64,000 bases of DNA from Candidatus Caldarchaeum sp. (GCA_038831915.1 JAWBKB010000005.1:26250-90249); one strand, 5' to 3'; shown: positions 30,373 to 40,741, counted from the first letter of the stretch. The notes: generated by a model not told the origin, from the sequence alone. A program made the numbers and translations.

Positions 30373-31404
30373 TTGGGTGTTAAAATCGGCGACATCATCC
30401 CCGAAGGAGCGGTTGAGAAGACTTCTTTGAAAAAGCTTTCAGGTAAATCCATAGCTTTTGACGCCTACAACATTCTCTACCAATTTCTCGCAACCATCCG
30501 CGGAGCTGACGGCAGACCATTGATGGATAGAAGAGGCAGGGTGACGAGTCATCTCAGCGGCCTCTTTTTCCGAACTATCAACTTTCTGCAGGAAGGAATT
30601 TTGCCGGTGTATGTTTTTGACGGAAGGCCGCCGGAGCAGAAGCTCGAAACCGTCGAGAAACGTGCGATGGCCCGCGAAGAAGCGGGAAGACTGTATGAAA
30701 TGGCCTTAGCGGAAGGAGACATCGAAGCCGCGCGTCGATATGCTCAGAGAGCTACGTCGCTGGAAAAATACATGGTTGAAAGTGCGTCCGACCTTCTCAA
30801 AGCCATGGGCGTTCCATATGTCAACGCGCCTTCTGAAGGAGAGGCTCAGGCCGCTTACATGGCGATGAAAGGAAGCGTCTATGCGTCGGCTTCGCAGGAC
30901 ATGGATTCACTGCTCTTCGGCTCACCTCGTCTTGTCCGCAACCTGTCTATCGTCGGCCGAAGAAAGCTACCACGCCGAAACGAATACGTCGAAGTCGAGC
31001 CTGAAATAATTTACCTCGACAAAGTTTTGACAGGTCTCGGGATAACGCGTGAACAGCTAATTGACATCGGTCTTCTCATGGGAACTGATTATTCGCCGCA
31101 AATCAAAGGAATTGGGCCCAAAACAGCCTATAAAATTATCAAGGAGCATGGCTCGCTTGAGAAAGCGGTGGAAGCCGGAGCAGTGACCGTGGATTTTGAT
31201 TTCAACGAGATTCGGAAACTGTTCCTGCATCCATCAACTACAGATGACTACGAGCTGACTTGGAAACAGCCTTCTGAGGAAAGAGTCCTGGAGCTTCTCG
31301 TCGAAGAATTTGATTTTTCACGCGAAAGAGTTTTGAAAGCTTTGAACGAGTTGAAGCAGAGCATGGCGAAGAAATCATCCAGCCTTGATGCTTTCTTCGG
31401 TTAA
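30373..31404 (+). CDS. fen1: Flap endonuclease 1
   Basis: MGV start, DAYNILYQF, VFDG, EGEAQAA, SQDMDSLLFG, GTDY, PIP-like SLDAFF. Confidence 0.97.
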   Translation: MGVKIGDIIPEGAVEKTSLKKLSGKSIAFDAYNILYQFLATIRGADGRPLMDRRGRVTSHLSGLFFRTINFLQEGILPVYVFDGRPPEQKLETVEKRAMAREEAGRLYEMALAEGDIEAARRYAQRATSLEKYMVESASDLLKAMGVPYVNAPSEGEAQAAYMAMKGSVYASASQDMDSLLFGSPRLVRNLSIVGRRKLPRRNEYVEVEPEIIYLDKVLTGLGITREQLIDIGLLMGTDYSPQIKGIGPKTAYKIIKEHGSLEKAVEAGAVTVDFDFNEIRKLFLHPSTTDDYELTWKQPSEERVLELLVEEFDFSRERVLKALNELKQSMAKKSSSLDAFFG

Positions 31405-31611
31405 AATTTCCACGACTTTCCGTTCTTCGTCAAGCGTTGAAACCCTGACTTTGCCATGGATTTCAAGCTTCATCAAAACTTCGAGAAGGTCCTGCATCGA
31501 CATCTTCGGCTGATGACGTTTGACTTCGTCGTGAAGCGTCTGCAACATCGCTTTTCCACCCATCTTTCGCAAAACCTCCAAAACCATGTAGTGCTTTGAC
31601 ATCCCTGACAT
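31375..31611 (-). CDS. Small winged-helix-like protein downstream of cdc48
   Basis: Helix-helix-LMKLEIHGKVRV-hairpin pattern; has its own TTATAA box. Confidence 0.6.
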   Translation of the reverse strand: MSGMSKHYMVLEVLRKMGGKAMLQTLHDEVKRHQPKMSMQDLLEVLMKLEIHGKVRVSTLDEERKVVEILTEESIKAG

Positions 31612-31683
31612 GTTTACATGGTCGCTGTGTTATAAGCTATTAGACAAAGCCGCAATGTATGAAGAATGTTGAAAAAGAGCGTT

Positions 31684-33864
31684 TTATCCTATCATCATGA
31701 GTGGTTTCTCGCTGGAGCGTAGTATTTCGCCGACTTTCTCGTATTCGCGCATCATCTGTGGCGTGATGCTGGGTTTGACGAGCATGAGTGCTTCTTCGAA
31801 ATCGCGTTTGGTCACTTTTTCGGCGTTGATGTCGCGTCGTAGTGCTGCAAGCGCGGCTTCTCTGCATAGAGATTCGATGTCGGCTCCGGAAAAGCCTTCG
31901 CATCTGCTGGCAAGTGTTTCGATGTTGACGTCGTCGGCGAGCGGCATTTTACGCGTGTAGATGTAGAAGATTTCGACCCGTGCTTTTTCGTCAGGCGGTG
32001 GAATTAACAGCAGCCTGTCAAACCTTCCGGGTCTCAGCAACGCGGGGTCAAGCATGTCGGGCCTGTTGGTTGCTCCGATGACGACGATGTCGTTGAGTTC
32101 TTCGATGCCATCGATTTCTGCGAGTAGCTGGCTGGCGACACGATTGGTTACGCCTGAGCTGTCTTCCATCACATCTTTCCGAGGCGCAATGGCTTCGATT
32201 TCGTCGAAGAAAATGACGGCGGGAGCGGCCTGCCGTGCTTTGCGGAAGATTTCACGGATGGCTTTTTCTGATTCACCCACCCATTTCGAGAAAATCTCGG
32301 GCCCCTTAATCGTGATGAAGTTAGCTTCGCTTTCAGTTGCTACTGCTTTGGCGAGCAATGTTTTGCCGCAGCCCGGAGGTCCGTAGAGCAGCACCCCCTT
32401 CGGCGGCTTGATGCCAAGTTTCTCGAATTTGTCGGGATATTTCAGAGGCCATTCAACCATTTCGATAAGCTTCTGCTTCACCTGTTCCAGCCCGCCGATG
32501 TCTTCCCAGCGAACCGTCGGTGTTTCGATTTCGACTTCACGCAACGCGCTGGGAGTGATTTCCTTATAGGCGTCGAGGAAGTCTTTCATCGTTACTTCGA
32601 GGCTGTTCAAAATTTCAGGTGATATTCTTTCGCCGGAAAAGTCGATGCTCGGCAGTATTCGGCGGATGGCTTTCATGGCTGCTTCTCTGCAGAGAGCAGC
32701 GAGGTCTGCTCCCGTGTATCCACGGGTCATTTCTCCGAGTTTTTCGATTGAAACGTCTTTCGCAAGCGGCATTCCACGGGTGTGAATCGTGAGTATTTCT
32801 GTGCGGCCTTTTTTATCAGGTATTCCGATTTCAATTTCACGGTCGAATCTGCCGGGTCTGCGTAGAGCTGGGTCGATGGCGTTTGGCCGGTTTGTCGCGC
32901 CGATGACGATGACGGAGCCGCGGCCTTCAAGTCCATCCATCAAGGCAAGAAGCTGGGCGACGACTCTTTTCTCAACTTCGCCGGTTACTTCGCTTCTTTT
33001 CGGAGCAATCGCGTCGATTTCGTCGATGAATATTATGCTGGGTGCTTCTTCTTCGGCTTTGCGGAAAATTTCACGGAGACGGGCCTCTGTTTCACCGTAG
33101 TATTTGTTCATGATTTCGGGGCCGTTGATGAGGATGAAGTTGGCTTCTGCCTCGGTTGCAACGGCTTTGGCGAGCAATGTTTTGCCGCAGCCCGGAGGTC
33201 CGTAGAGCAGCACACCCTTCGGCGGGTCTATTCCAAGCTTCTGGAACAGCTCTGGAAAACGAAGTGGAAGCTCAATCATTTCTCTTACACGCTGTATCTG
33301 CTCCTGAAGCCCGCCGATGTCCTCATACGTGATGCTTGTACGGAGGGTCTTTTCCTGAACGACTCGGCTCTGTATCACAAGCTTGGTGCGTGGAGTGATT
33401 TTCGCTATCCCCGTCGGCCTCATCTGAACCACTGCAAAAGTGAAGAGGTTTCCGAAGAAGAGGACGGGAATGATGTTGCGGTGAACGACGGGGTATTCGA
33501 TGAGCCTGCTTTTAACTAGTTTCGTGAAATTTTCATCTGCTTTGATTGATGTGTTGTATGGGGCGAGGACGACGAGCTGGGCTTCTTTCACGTTCGCTTT
33601 CCTCACGATGACATAGTCGTTAAGCGAAACACCTGCGTTGTTACGTATGTGGCCGTCTATACGTATCACGTCTTTGTCTTTTTCATCCTCCATGTATCCC
33701 AGCCACACCGTCGCCGCCGTCAACTTCTTTCCCCTAATCTCGATAATATCGCCCGTTGAAAGACCCGCTTCAGCTCCAACCGACCTATCTATACGCGCTA
33801 TACCGTAGCCAACATCTCTCTGTTTGGCTTCTGCAACACGCAGCCGCAGCTCCTTAACACTCAT
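31684..33864 (-). CDS. cdc48: CDC48/VCP family AAA+ ATPase
   Basis: N domain and two AAA modules with GPPGCGKT, DEID/DEIE, ATNRP, RPGRFDR. Confidence 0.97.
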   Translation of the reverse strand: MSVKELRLRVAEAKQRDVGYGIARIDRSVGAEAGLSTGDIIEIRGKKLTAATVWLGYMEDEKDKDVIRIDGHIRNNAGVSLNDYVIVRKANVKEAQLVVLAPYNTSIKADENFTKLVKSRLIEYPVVHRNIIPVLFFGNLFTFAVVQMRPTGIAKITPRTKLVIQSRVVQEKTLRTSITYEDIGGLQEQIQRVREMIELPLRFPELFQKLGIDPPKGVLLYGPPGCGKTLLAKAVATEAEANFILINGPEIMNKYYGETEARLREIFRKAEEEAPSIIFIDEIDAIAPKRSEVTGEVEKRVVAQLLALMDGLEGRGSVIVIGATNRPNAIDPALRRPGRFDREIEIGIPDKKGRTEILTIHTRGMPLAKDVSIEKLGEMTRGYTGADLAALCREAAMKAIRRILPSIDFSGERISPEILNSLEVTMKDFLDAYKEITPSALREVEIETPTVRWEDIGGLEQVKQKLIEMVEWPLKYPDKFEKLGIKPPKGVLLYGPPGCGKTLLAKAVATESEANFITIKGPEIFSKWVGESEKAIREIFRKARQAAPAVIFFDEIEAIAPRKDVMEDSSGVTNRVASQLLAEIDGIEELNDIVVIGATNRPDMLDPALLRPGRFDRLLLIPPPDEKARVEIFYIYTRKMPLADDVNIETLASRCEGFSGADIESLCREAALAALRRDINAEKVTKRDFEEALMLVKPSITPQMMREYEKVGEILRSSEKPLMMIG
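32345..33225. repeat. 62-nt direct repeat (61/62 identical) at 32345-32406 and 33164-33225 within cdc48
   Basis: GCTTTGGCGAGCAATGTTTTGCCGCAGCCCGGAGGTCCGTAGAGCAGCAC(C/A)CCCTTCGGCGG occurs in both Walker A regions. Confidence 0.9.
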
Positions 33865-33925
33865 TCACCTTTCCATTCCGACAGTGGAATTTAAACGATA
33901 ACGGTTCACAAACACCATAAAATTG

Positions 33926-35077
33926 TTAAAGCAGCCAGTTCTGAAGCCTGACAAGCCCGAATTCGTGTTTTTCCCGACGCCCATGCGGAGAAGGCGGCTC
34001 AAATATGACTTCAGGAGCCGGGTCTGCGAAGAAATTGGCGGCGCCTTTGCCCGCGTATCCATCACCTACTTCTACATAGCATGCTCCTTTCCCATCGAAG
34101 ACAGAGCTGTCACTTGTTCCGAGAATTTTCGCAGCGATTTTCCGCGCCGCCACGATTCCCATCGCCTCAGCGAAAACACCAGCCTTCGGCAGGAATATGC
34201 CGTTCCTCAGCTTAATGGCTACAACATCACCGACGCCGTAAACATCTGGAAACTTCGTTTCCATCGTCAGCGGATTCACGGAAACCCATCCAACTTCATC
34301 GACCAAACCCGCGTCACGGACAATTTTCGGAACACGGTGAACCGGGACACCGAGCAGAAGGTCATACCCAGCCTCTTCATCCTCGAACACTATTTTTTTC
34401 CGCGACGCATCTATTTGTTTCACGGTTTTCCGCGGATGAAACCCAATCCCTCTTTCTGCCAGCAGTTTTTCGACTTGCTTTCCAGCCGGTCCGGCCGCGG
34501 GCATGGGCTGTGGCTCAGGTGTGTAGATGTCGATGGACACTTTGTCGCCTATTCCGCGATGTTTCATGTATGATTGGACGAGGAAAGCGGCCTCGTAGGG
34601 TGCCGGTGGACATTTGAAAGGTGTCCCGGTTATCAACACCGCTATCCGTCCTCCATCAAACTGTTTGAGAACGTTCTGAGCCGCGAACGCACCCATCAAG
34701 TCGTAGAAGTTGTAAGCGGCTTCACGGAACCCGGGCACCGCGTCCAAAACATATTCTGCTCCAAGCGCCACGATGATGGCGTCGGCTTCGTACGTGTTTT
34801 CGGATGTTTGGACACGTTTGCGCTCCTGGTCTATTTTGATTATTTCTTCGTTGCGAAACTTTACGCCGTGTTTCTGCACGCCTTTGACAGGGTAGAGGCA
34901 TTCCCGTGGGGAAGGAATTTCACCGGTCATCAGCCAGAGATTCATGAATCCCATGGAGAATTTATCGCGGCGGTCGACCAAAACGACTTCATAACTTGGC
35001 GGAAGCATTTTACGCAGTTCAATCGAAGCCGGTATTCCCCCAAAACCTGCACCGAGAACAAGTACACGACCGGTCAA
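33926..35077 (-). CDS. Sulfide:quinone oxidoreductase / flavocytochrome-c-like FAD oxidoreductase
   Basis: VLGAGFGG, KCPPAPYE, YGVGD, LPKAG, GKGACY; likely TTG start at 35077. Confidence 0.8.
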   Translation of the reverse strand: MTGRVLVLGAGFGGIPASIELRKMLPPSYEVVLVDRRDKFSMGFMNLWLMTGEIPSPRECLYPVKGVQKHGVKFRNEEIIKIDQERKRVQTSENTYEADAIIVALGAEYVLDAVPGFREAAYNFYDLMGAFAAQNVLKQFDGGRIAVLITGTPFKCPPAPYEAAFLVQSYMKHRGIGDKVSIDIYTPEPQPMPAAGPAGKQVEKLLAERGIGFHPRKTVKQIDASRKKIVFEDEEAGYDLLLGVPVHRVPKIVRDAGLVDEVGWVSVNPLTMETKFPDVYGVGDVVAIKLRNGIFLPKAGVFAEAMGIVAARKIAAKILGTSDSSVFDGKGACYVEVGDGYAGKGAANFFADPAPEVIFEPPSPHGRREKHEFGLVRLQNWLL

Positions 35078-35165
35078 ACCCAGCTGAACCAGAAAATCTG
35101 AAACCTTCGCTATAAACCATTTTAACCGACAATCTCTACGCTTATAAGGTCGATGACGTGTTATT

Positions 35166-36212
35166 GTGAAAGGTTTGTCAGGTTTTGAAACGATTCGCTG
35201 GGATGAAAAACGGAGAGAAATCGTGTTGCTAGACCAACGTGTTTTGCCGGCCCGCGTAAAATATCTTAGATGCCGTTCTGTGAAAGAAGTTGCGTTCGCT
35301 ATCAAGGACATGGCTGTCCGGGGTGCTCCAGCTATCGGTGTTACGGCCGCGTTTGGGATGGCTTTGGCCGCTCTGAAATCACGGGCAAAAACCCGGGAAG
35401 CGTTGTTGAAGGAGCTGGAAAAAGCTCGAAAAATACTTGCCGCAACCAGGCCGACAGCTGTTAACCTTTTCTGGGCTCTCGACAGAATTATGAAAAAGGC
35501 AGAATCTGTTCAAGGCCTGCCGTCTGAAATCGCCTCCATCCTCCTAACAGAAGCACAGCAAATACTGAATGAGGACATTGAAATGAACAAGACAATCGGA
35601 AGGCTTGGGGCAGACCTGATTAAAGATGGTTATGGTGTGCTGACTCACTGCAACGCAGGCGCTTTAGCTACCGGTGGATATGGAACCGCTCTCGGCGTGA
35701 TAAGATACGCGCATGAATCAGGCAAACGGATTACTGTCTATGCGAGTGAGACGAGGCCTCGACTTCAGGGGGCGAAGCTGACGGCCTTCGAGTTGAAAAT
35801 GCTCAAAATTCCATTCTATGTCGTGCCCGACACGGCTGTTGCGTTTTTGATGGCGAAGGGCATGATTAACGCAGTCGTGGTTGGGGCCGACCGAATCATC
35901 GCAAAAACAGGCCACGTCATCAACAAGATTGGAACACTTTCCGCCGCAGTGAACGCACACCATTTCAATATACCTTTCTACGTTGCCGCACCGACATCGA
36001 CAGTCGACCTCTACAAAACAATCGATCAAGTCACAATCGAGGAAAGAAGTGAAGACGAGATTCATTACGTGGAGAAGACGAGGATAACACCGCCTGGAAC
36101 CAAAGCAATTAACTATGCTTTCGACATAACTCCGCCAGAGCTTGTTACAGCGGTCATAACTGAGAAAGGTGTGTTCAAGCCGACGGAGCTTTACCGGTTT
36201 CTGACGGGTTAG
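35166..36212 (+). CDS. mtnA: Methylthioribose-1-phosphate isomerase
   Basis: LDQRVLP, VRGAPAIG, TRPTAVNL, THCNAGALAT, ETRPRLQGAKLT, NKIGT. Confidence 0.93.
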   Translation: MKGLSGFETIRWDEKRREIVLLDQRVLPARVKYLRCRSVKEVAFAIKDMAVRGAPAIGVTAAFGMALAALKSRAKTREALLKELEKARKILAATRPTAVNLFWALDRIMKKAESVQGLPSEIASILLTEAQQILNEDIEMNKTIGRLGADLIKDGYGVLTHCNAGALATGGYGTALGVIRYAHESGKRITVYASETRPRLQGAKLTAFELKMLKIPFYVVPDTAVAFLMAKGMINAVVVGADRIIAKTGHVINKIGTLSAAVNAHHFNIPFYVAAPTSTVDLYKTIDQVTIEERSEDEIHYVEKTRITPPGTKAINYAFDITPPELVTAVITEKGVFKPTELYRFLTG

Positions 36213-36853
36213 CTGACGAGCAGTTCTACTAGTAGTATCAGAGCGGCGGTGATTATTCCCAGCCCGGCCATGCGAAGACCCGTCATGACTATGTTGATTC
36301 GGCTGAATTTACCGAGGAACATGCCGAGAACGAACAATATCACAAGCGCCACGGCAGCCGATAAAGCAGGAGCCATGGGCTGCAGCTCAACTACTATGAG
36401 GCTTACGATGTAGGGGAGAAGAACAGCCATCGAAAGAAGAAAGTTTGAGAAACCGCCGACGAACGACACAATCAACGTGCCGATGGCTGCAGCTTTTCCG
36501 ATAACTGTATCGCTTACATCCCGCAGCATAGACTCTTGGATTTCACGCATCAAACGCCTTGTTTCAGCGCTTTCCGTAAGGTAGATTCCAGAAACACCCG
36601 AGACAAGCATGGCGATGGCCGTGCCCAAGCCCGCGAAAACGACCGTTGAAATCTTTGTTCCGGGAACAATTGCCGCACCCAGAGAAAGCCCCATCATCGC
36701 CAAAACACCGTCAAACGAATTACTGAAGAAATACCTGCGAATCGCCACCTGCTTTTCAGAAATTTCCAAACTTCTTTGAACATTAGACCAAATGTCGGCA
36801 AAAAAATTCATTATTTTTCGAAACATATCTAAGCCTTGAGACCGGCATATCAC
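36209..36853 (-). CDS. VIT1/CCC1 family membrane protein
   Basis: NSFDG, SGIYLTESAE, several TM helices. Confidence 0.7.
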   Translation of the reverse strand: MICRSQGLDMFRKIMNFFADIWSNVQRSLEISEKQVAIRRYFFSNSFDGVLAMMGLSLGAAIVPGTKISTVVFAGLGTAIAMLVSGVSGIYLTESAETRRLMREIQESMLRDVSDTVIGKAAAIGTLIVSFVGGFSNFLLSMAVLLPYIVSLIVVELQPMAPALSAAVALVILFVLGMFLGKFSRINIVMTGLRMAGLGIITAALILLVELLVS

Positions 36854-36938
36854 TCGGAGAGGTGACTTATAACCTTACAACGTCTTTAAACGACGAAAAA
36901 GCTGGCAGCACAACTTTTATTATAGGTTCAACGATTCT

Positions 36939-37835
36939 GTGTTCATGCCCAGTCTCAAGTCACGGTTCGCTGTGACGGTTTTGCTGGCGGCGGGTCTATA
37001 CCTGACGACGTATGCTTTAGTTCAGCTCGAGATACTGAATCCCATCGTCGAAAGAGTTGTTCTGTTATTGGGAGTAGTTTTAGCCGGTGCTTACATCGTC
37101 CGAATTACATCATCCTACATCGTCAAAACTTTTCAGCCACTCGTGGGCCAGCAAGCCGTCGGCGGCTCCCTCATCATCCAAGTCATCGGATACGTAGCCA
37201 TCGCTGTCTTTCTCCTTTCATCACTAGGCATCCCGCCTGAAACAGCTCTCGCAGGTGGAACAGTCACAGGCCTCGTAATTGGCCTCGCAGGCCAAACAAC
37301 CTTATCCAACGTAATCGCAGGAATCATCCTACTGGCTTCACGGCCTTTCAAAATCGGCGACCGAGTAGCGGTCGTCACAAGCTCAGTACCTTTTCAGTGG
37401 GCTTTCCTGCCAGGATACAAATATTTCTCACGGGACTACGTCGTGCCCGCCTACACAGGCATCGTCGAAAACATGAGCCTCATGTACACCACGCTCGTCA
37501 CAGACGACAAACTCGTCATAAAAATCCCAAACAACATCATCCTGGCCAACTCAGCAATCGCGAACTATTCCGAAGTCAGCGAAAGAATCCGAAAACTTCG
37601 ATACGAATTTCCAATAGACGTTGACCCTCAATCAGTTCTCGAATGTCTCCGCATCAGTTTATCAGACATTCCCGAAGTGAGAAACATCTACCTCGAGGAA
37701 CAAAGCGACAAAACACATTACATCGTTTCAATAGTTTTCGAAGCACCGCATGAAACATGGATGACGGTAAAATCGAAGATACTGGCGAAAGTCATCGAGG
37801 TTCACCGCGACCTAAAACAGAAAATCGCGGTTTAG
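36939..37835 (+). CDS. mscS: MscS mechanosensitive channel
   Basis: GLAGQTTLSNVIAG, RPFKIGD, IPN. Confidence 0.88.
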   Translation: MFMPSLKSRFAVTVLLAAGLYLTTYALVQLEILNPIVERVVLLLGVVLAGAYIVRITSSYIVKTFQPLVGQQAVGGSLIIQVIGYVAIAVFLLSSLGIPPETALAGGTVTGLVIGLAGQTTLSNVIAGIILLASRPFKIGDRVAVVTSSVPFQWAFLPGYKYFSRDYVVPAYTGIVENMSLMYTTLVTDDKLVIKIPNNIILANSAIANYSEVSERIRKLRYEFPIDVDPQSVLECLRISLSDIPEVRNIYLEEQSDKTHYIVSIVFEAPHETWMTVKSKILAKVIEVHRDLKQKIAV

Positions 37836-37872
37836 AAATGTTTTTCACGGCGGTTTAACTGGTTTTCAAGAG

Positions 37873-38502
37873 ATGCCTTCACGCTCCATATTGATGAAAC
37901 GGGTTGAAGACCATTTCATTTCTAAAGGTTACCGTGTTGCGGAAAAGTCTTCAGCAGATGGATTCATAAAGTTTCGGCGGCATGGTGAAGAAACGGTTGT
38001 TCGAATTATTGATGAGCTTGCGAGCAGGGACGAGATGCTCTCAACAATTATTCAATCGGCTTTAGATTCTGGCGGTGGAAAAATAGCCTACGTATCTATT
38101 CCCATGAGCCTTGTTTCACGTCTCGGCGACTACGCGTTCCGCGTCAACAAAATAGGCGTCCTCGTCTACGATGAACGGGATTTAGTCGAGATAGTTGAAG
38201 GAGGAGTTCAGACACCGGCTTCCGAAGAAAAACACGAAAGCGAAGCAGCTGAAAAATTTTTACAGGAAAAAATCGAAGCCCTCGAAAACCTTTACACAGA
38301 GCTGACGAATAAAATAGCAACCATCGAAGCACGAATAAACCAGTTGGAAAAACAGAGCTCTGTGCCGAAGCAGGAAACATCAGCGTCACAGCCGGTTGAA
38401 ACAATTCAGCGAACATCCGGGCGGAAAACCAAAAAACCCGAAACCCTGCCGTCGTTCATCGAAGACAACCCATGGGTCGAACTGTTGTCAAACAAGCGAT
38501 GA
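37873..38502 (+). CDS. Arcadin-2-like crenactin regulator
   Basis: Directly upstream of crenactin; coiled coil, flexible linker and C-terminal EDNPWVELLSNKR resembling the actin-binding helix of Pyrobaculum arcadin-2. Confidence 0.7.
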   Translation: MPSRSILMKRVEDHFISKGYRVAEKSSADGFIKFRRHGEETVVRIIDELASRDEMLSTIIQSALDSGGGKIAYVSIPMSLVSRLGDYAFRVNKIGVLVYDERDLVEIVEGGVQTPASEEKHESEAAEKFLQEKIEALENLYTELTNKIATIEARINQLEKQSSVPKQETSASQPVETIQRTSGRKTKKPETLPSFIEDNPWVELLSNKR

Positions 38503-38534
38503 ATTAAATAGAGTTGTATTAATGGGTTGAACAG

Positions 38535-39803
38535 ATGTTTGACGAAGAATATCGGCGACGATATGTTTTCGGCTGTGACTACGGGACAAGTGATTTCAAA
38601 TACGGGCCCATCACTCAGGGCGACAAGCCGCTTGTAACAGCTAACCGAGGATATTTTCCGGAAAAATCTATTGTTTCGCAGGTTCTCGGCGTCGAGAAAG
38701 AAGTCGTGGTGGGAAAAGATGTTACGTTGTTTCTGGGCGCGGGCTCGGAGCTTTCAACACGGCTTGTCTACCCAATGCGAAGTGGGACGATAGCGAAAGA
38801 CGATGAAAGAGCTTGGCATGTCGTAGAAGAGTTGACGAGATATGCTCTTTCTGAGTTCAAGCCTGGAGGCTTTGGCTTCAAAGGCTTCTACGTGGTCGCC
38901 GCCTTGTCTGCCACGGCTCCTCGATACATGTATGAGAAAATGCTCAACATCTACGACAAACTTGCCTCTGAAGGATTGATTCATTCGTCGACGATTATTC
39001 CGCAGCCTCTCGCGGTCGCGATTGCTCATAAACAGACATCGTGCGTGGTTGTGGAAAGTGGTCACGGCAACACGCAGGTCGCGCCTATTTCACGGACCCC
39101 TATCCGCGAAGCAATCATCGCGCTCAACCGAGGTGGGAGCTCTGCAAACGCCATCACAGCTGAAATTCTGAAGGACGCCGGCTACGGAGACCTCGTCAAG
39201 GAGGAAGCACTTGTCCGAAAAGTCAAGGAAAACATCGGCCTGCTGCCGCTCAACCTTGATAAAGCAATTGGCTATGCGAGGAACAATCCTGAAGAAGTAA
39301 GAGCTGTGTATCAGCCGCCGGGCACTCGGATAAAGATTGACTTAGGCCGTGATTCGTGGACACGGTTTCTAATCGGCGAATACGTGTTCAACCCCGACCA
39401 CGAAATTTTCCAGAGCTACTATAAACGGGGAATGCCGCGTCCATCGGACACCAAGGTCGGCGACGTGTTCTTTTACGGAACACTAAGCATCGCCGACACT
39501 ATCATCCAGTCAGTTGAAAAATGTCCCACCGAAATTCAGCCGCTTCTTTACAGTTACATTATTCTTTCTGGGGGAAACTTTTCATGGCAGGCTCCGCCGA
39601 AGCTTCGGAACATCGCCGTCGACAGCGAAACAAAACTGATGCATGAGCTGCGGGAAAAAGGCGTGGAAAACCCCAACGTAAAGCTTTCATCTGAGCCTCA
39701 GTACGCGGTTTGGCGTGGATGCATCGTCTTCGGATATGCCGTTCCATCATCCTACGCATGGTCTTGGGAGAAGATGGAAGGCTGGTATGTTCATCGGCGG
39801 TGA
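38535..39803 (+). CDS. Crenactin (archaeal actin)
   Basis: Phosphate-1 DYGTSDFK, LVYPMRSG, phosphate-2 VVESGHGNTQVAP, IILSGG, PQYAVWRG. Confidence 0.93.
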   Translation: MFDEEYRRRYVFGCDYGTSDFKYGPITQGDKPLVTANRGYFPEKSIVSQVLGVEKEVVVGKDVTLFLGAGSELSTRLVYPMRSGTIAKDDERAWHVVEELTRYALSEFKPGGFGFKGFYVVAALSATAPRYMYEKMLNIYDKLASEGLIHSSTIIPQPLAVAIAHKQTSCVVVESGHGNTQVAPISRTPIREAIIALNRGGSSANAITAEILKDAGYGDLVKEEALVRKVKENIGLLPLNLDKAIGYARNNPEEVRAVYQPPGTRIKIDLGRDSWTRFLIGEYVFNPDHEIFQSYYKRGMPRPSDTKVGDVFFYGTLSIADTIIQSVEKCPTEIQPLLYSYIILSGGNFSWQAPPKLRNIAVDSETKLMHELREKGVENPNVKLSSEPQYAVWRGCIVFGYAVPSSYAWSWEKMEGWYVHRR

Positions 39804-39839
39804 ACCTTAATAAGGCGTTTACTCCGTTGATGAAAGGAC

Positions 39840-40343
39840 ATGAAAGCGAGAAACTACCGACGACCTGAAGGAATGACCTACACCCGAAACGAATACATCC
39901 ACGGCCCCCCGCCGTCCCGGATCACCAAATACAGTGCCGGCGTCTACCGCGACGACTACACACATGAACTACTTCTCATCCCCGAAACAGACCTCCAAAT
40001 CAGAGACGTCTCCATTGAATCAGCGAGAATCACCATAAACAAATATTTGACAGAAAAGCTTAACGACAAATTCTACCTCGAAGTCAAAGCTCATCCACAT
40101 CACGTGCTCAGGGAGAACAAGATGATTTTTGGAGCTCACGCGGACCGGCTGCAGGAAGGTATGCGGCGGGCTTTTGGAAAACCCATTGGACGAGCTGCAC
40201 GGGTTGAAATGGGCCAGCCTGTTTTCCGGCTTCTGGTTTACGCCGATGGTGTTCGAGCGGCACGGGAAGCACTCGACCTCGCCGCCAAGAAGCTTCCCAA
40301 AAAATACTACATCATCGAAAACGCCATCGCTCAAAGTGCCTGA
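39840..40343 (+). CDS. rpl10e: 50S ribosomal protein L10e (uL16)
   Basis: LRENKM..GAHADRLQEGMRRAFGKPIGRAARV. Confidence 0.97.
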   Translation: MKARNYRRPEGMTYTRNEYIHGPPPSRITKYSAGVYRDDYTHELLLIPETDLQIRDVSIESARITINKYLTEKLNDKFYLEVKAHPHHVLRENKMIFGAHADRLQEGMRRAFGKPIGRAARVEMGQPVFRLLVYADGVRAAREALDLAAKKLPKKYYIIENAIAQSA

Positions 40344-40345
40344 CG

Positions 40346-40741
40346 TTGGAGAGGGCTGAAACATACGTCGACGGTGCATCGAGAGGTAATCCGGGGCCGG
40401 CGGGAATCGGCGTAGTCATAAAAGCCGATGGAAAAGTTTTCAAAATCACCGAATACGTCGGAACAAGGACGAATAATCAAGCCGAATATCTCGCACTAAT
40501 CAAGGCCCTGACGAAGCTGCGTGAGCTGGATGTGCGGAAAGTCTATGTTTATTCAGACAGCGTTCTATTGGTAAAGCAGGTGAACGGCGAATACCGGGTG
40601 CGGCATCCCGAGTTGAAAACGCTTCATGAAAAAGTTCGAGAGCTGGTCGCATCCTTTGAAGATTTCCATATAATACACGTAGACAGAGAAAAAAACAGGG
40701 AGGCTGACAGGCTCGCGAACGAAGCCATCGAAAGCCGCTAA
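40346..40741 (+). CDS. rnhA: Ribonuclease HI
   Basis: DGASRGNPG, TNNQAEY, SDS, REKNREADRLAN. Confidence 0.93.
   Translation: MERAETYVDGASRGNPGPAGIGVVIKADGKVFKITEYVGTRTNNQAEYLALIKALTKLRELDVRKVYVYSDSVLLVKQVNGEYRVRHPELKTLHEKVRELVASFEDFHIIHVDREKNREADRLANEAIESR

Noticed and set aside
35078-35311. Long N-terminal extensions in the ORF track (SQR-like, leuD, dppC, dppF, gatD)
   Set aside because: They overlap neighbouring genes or promoters, and the family motifs start at downstream codons.
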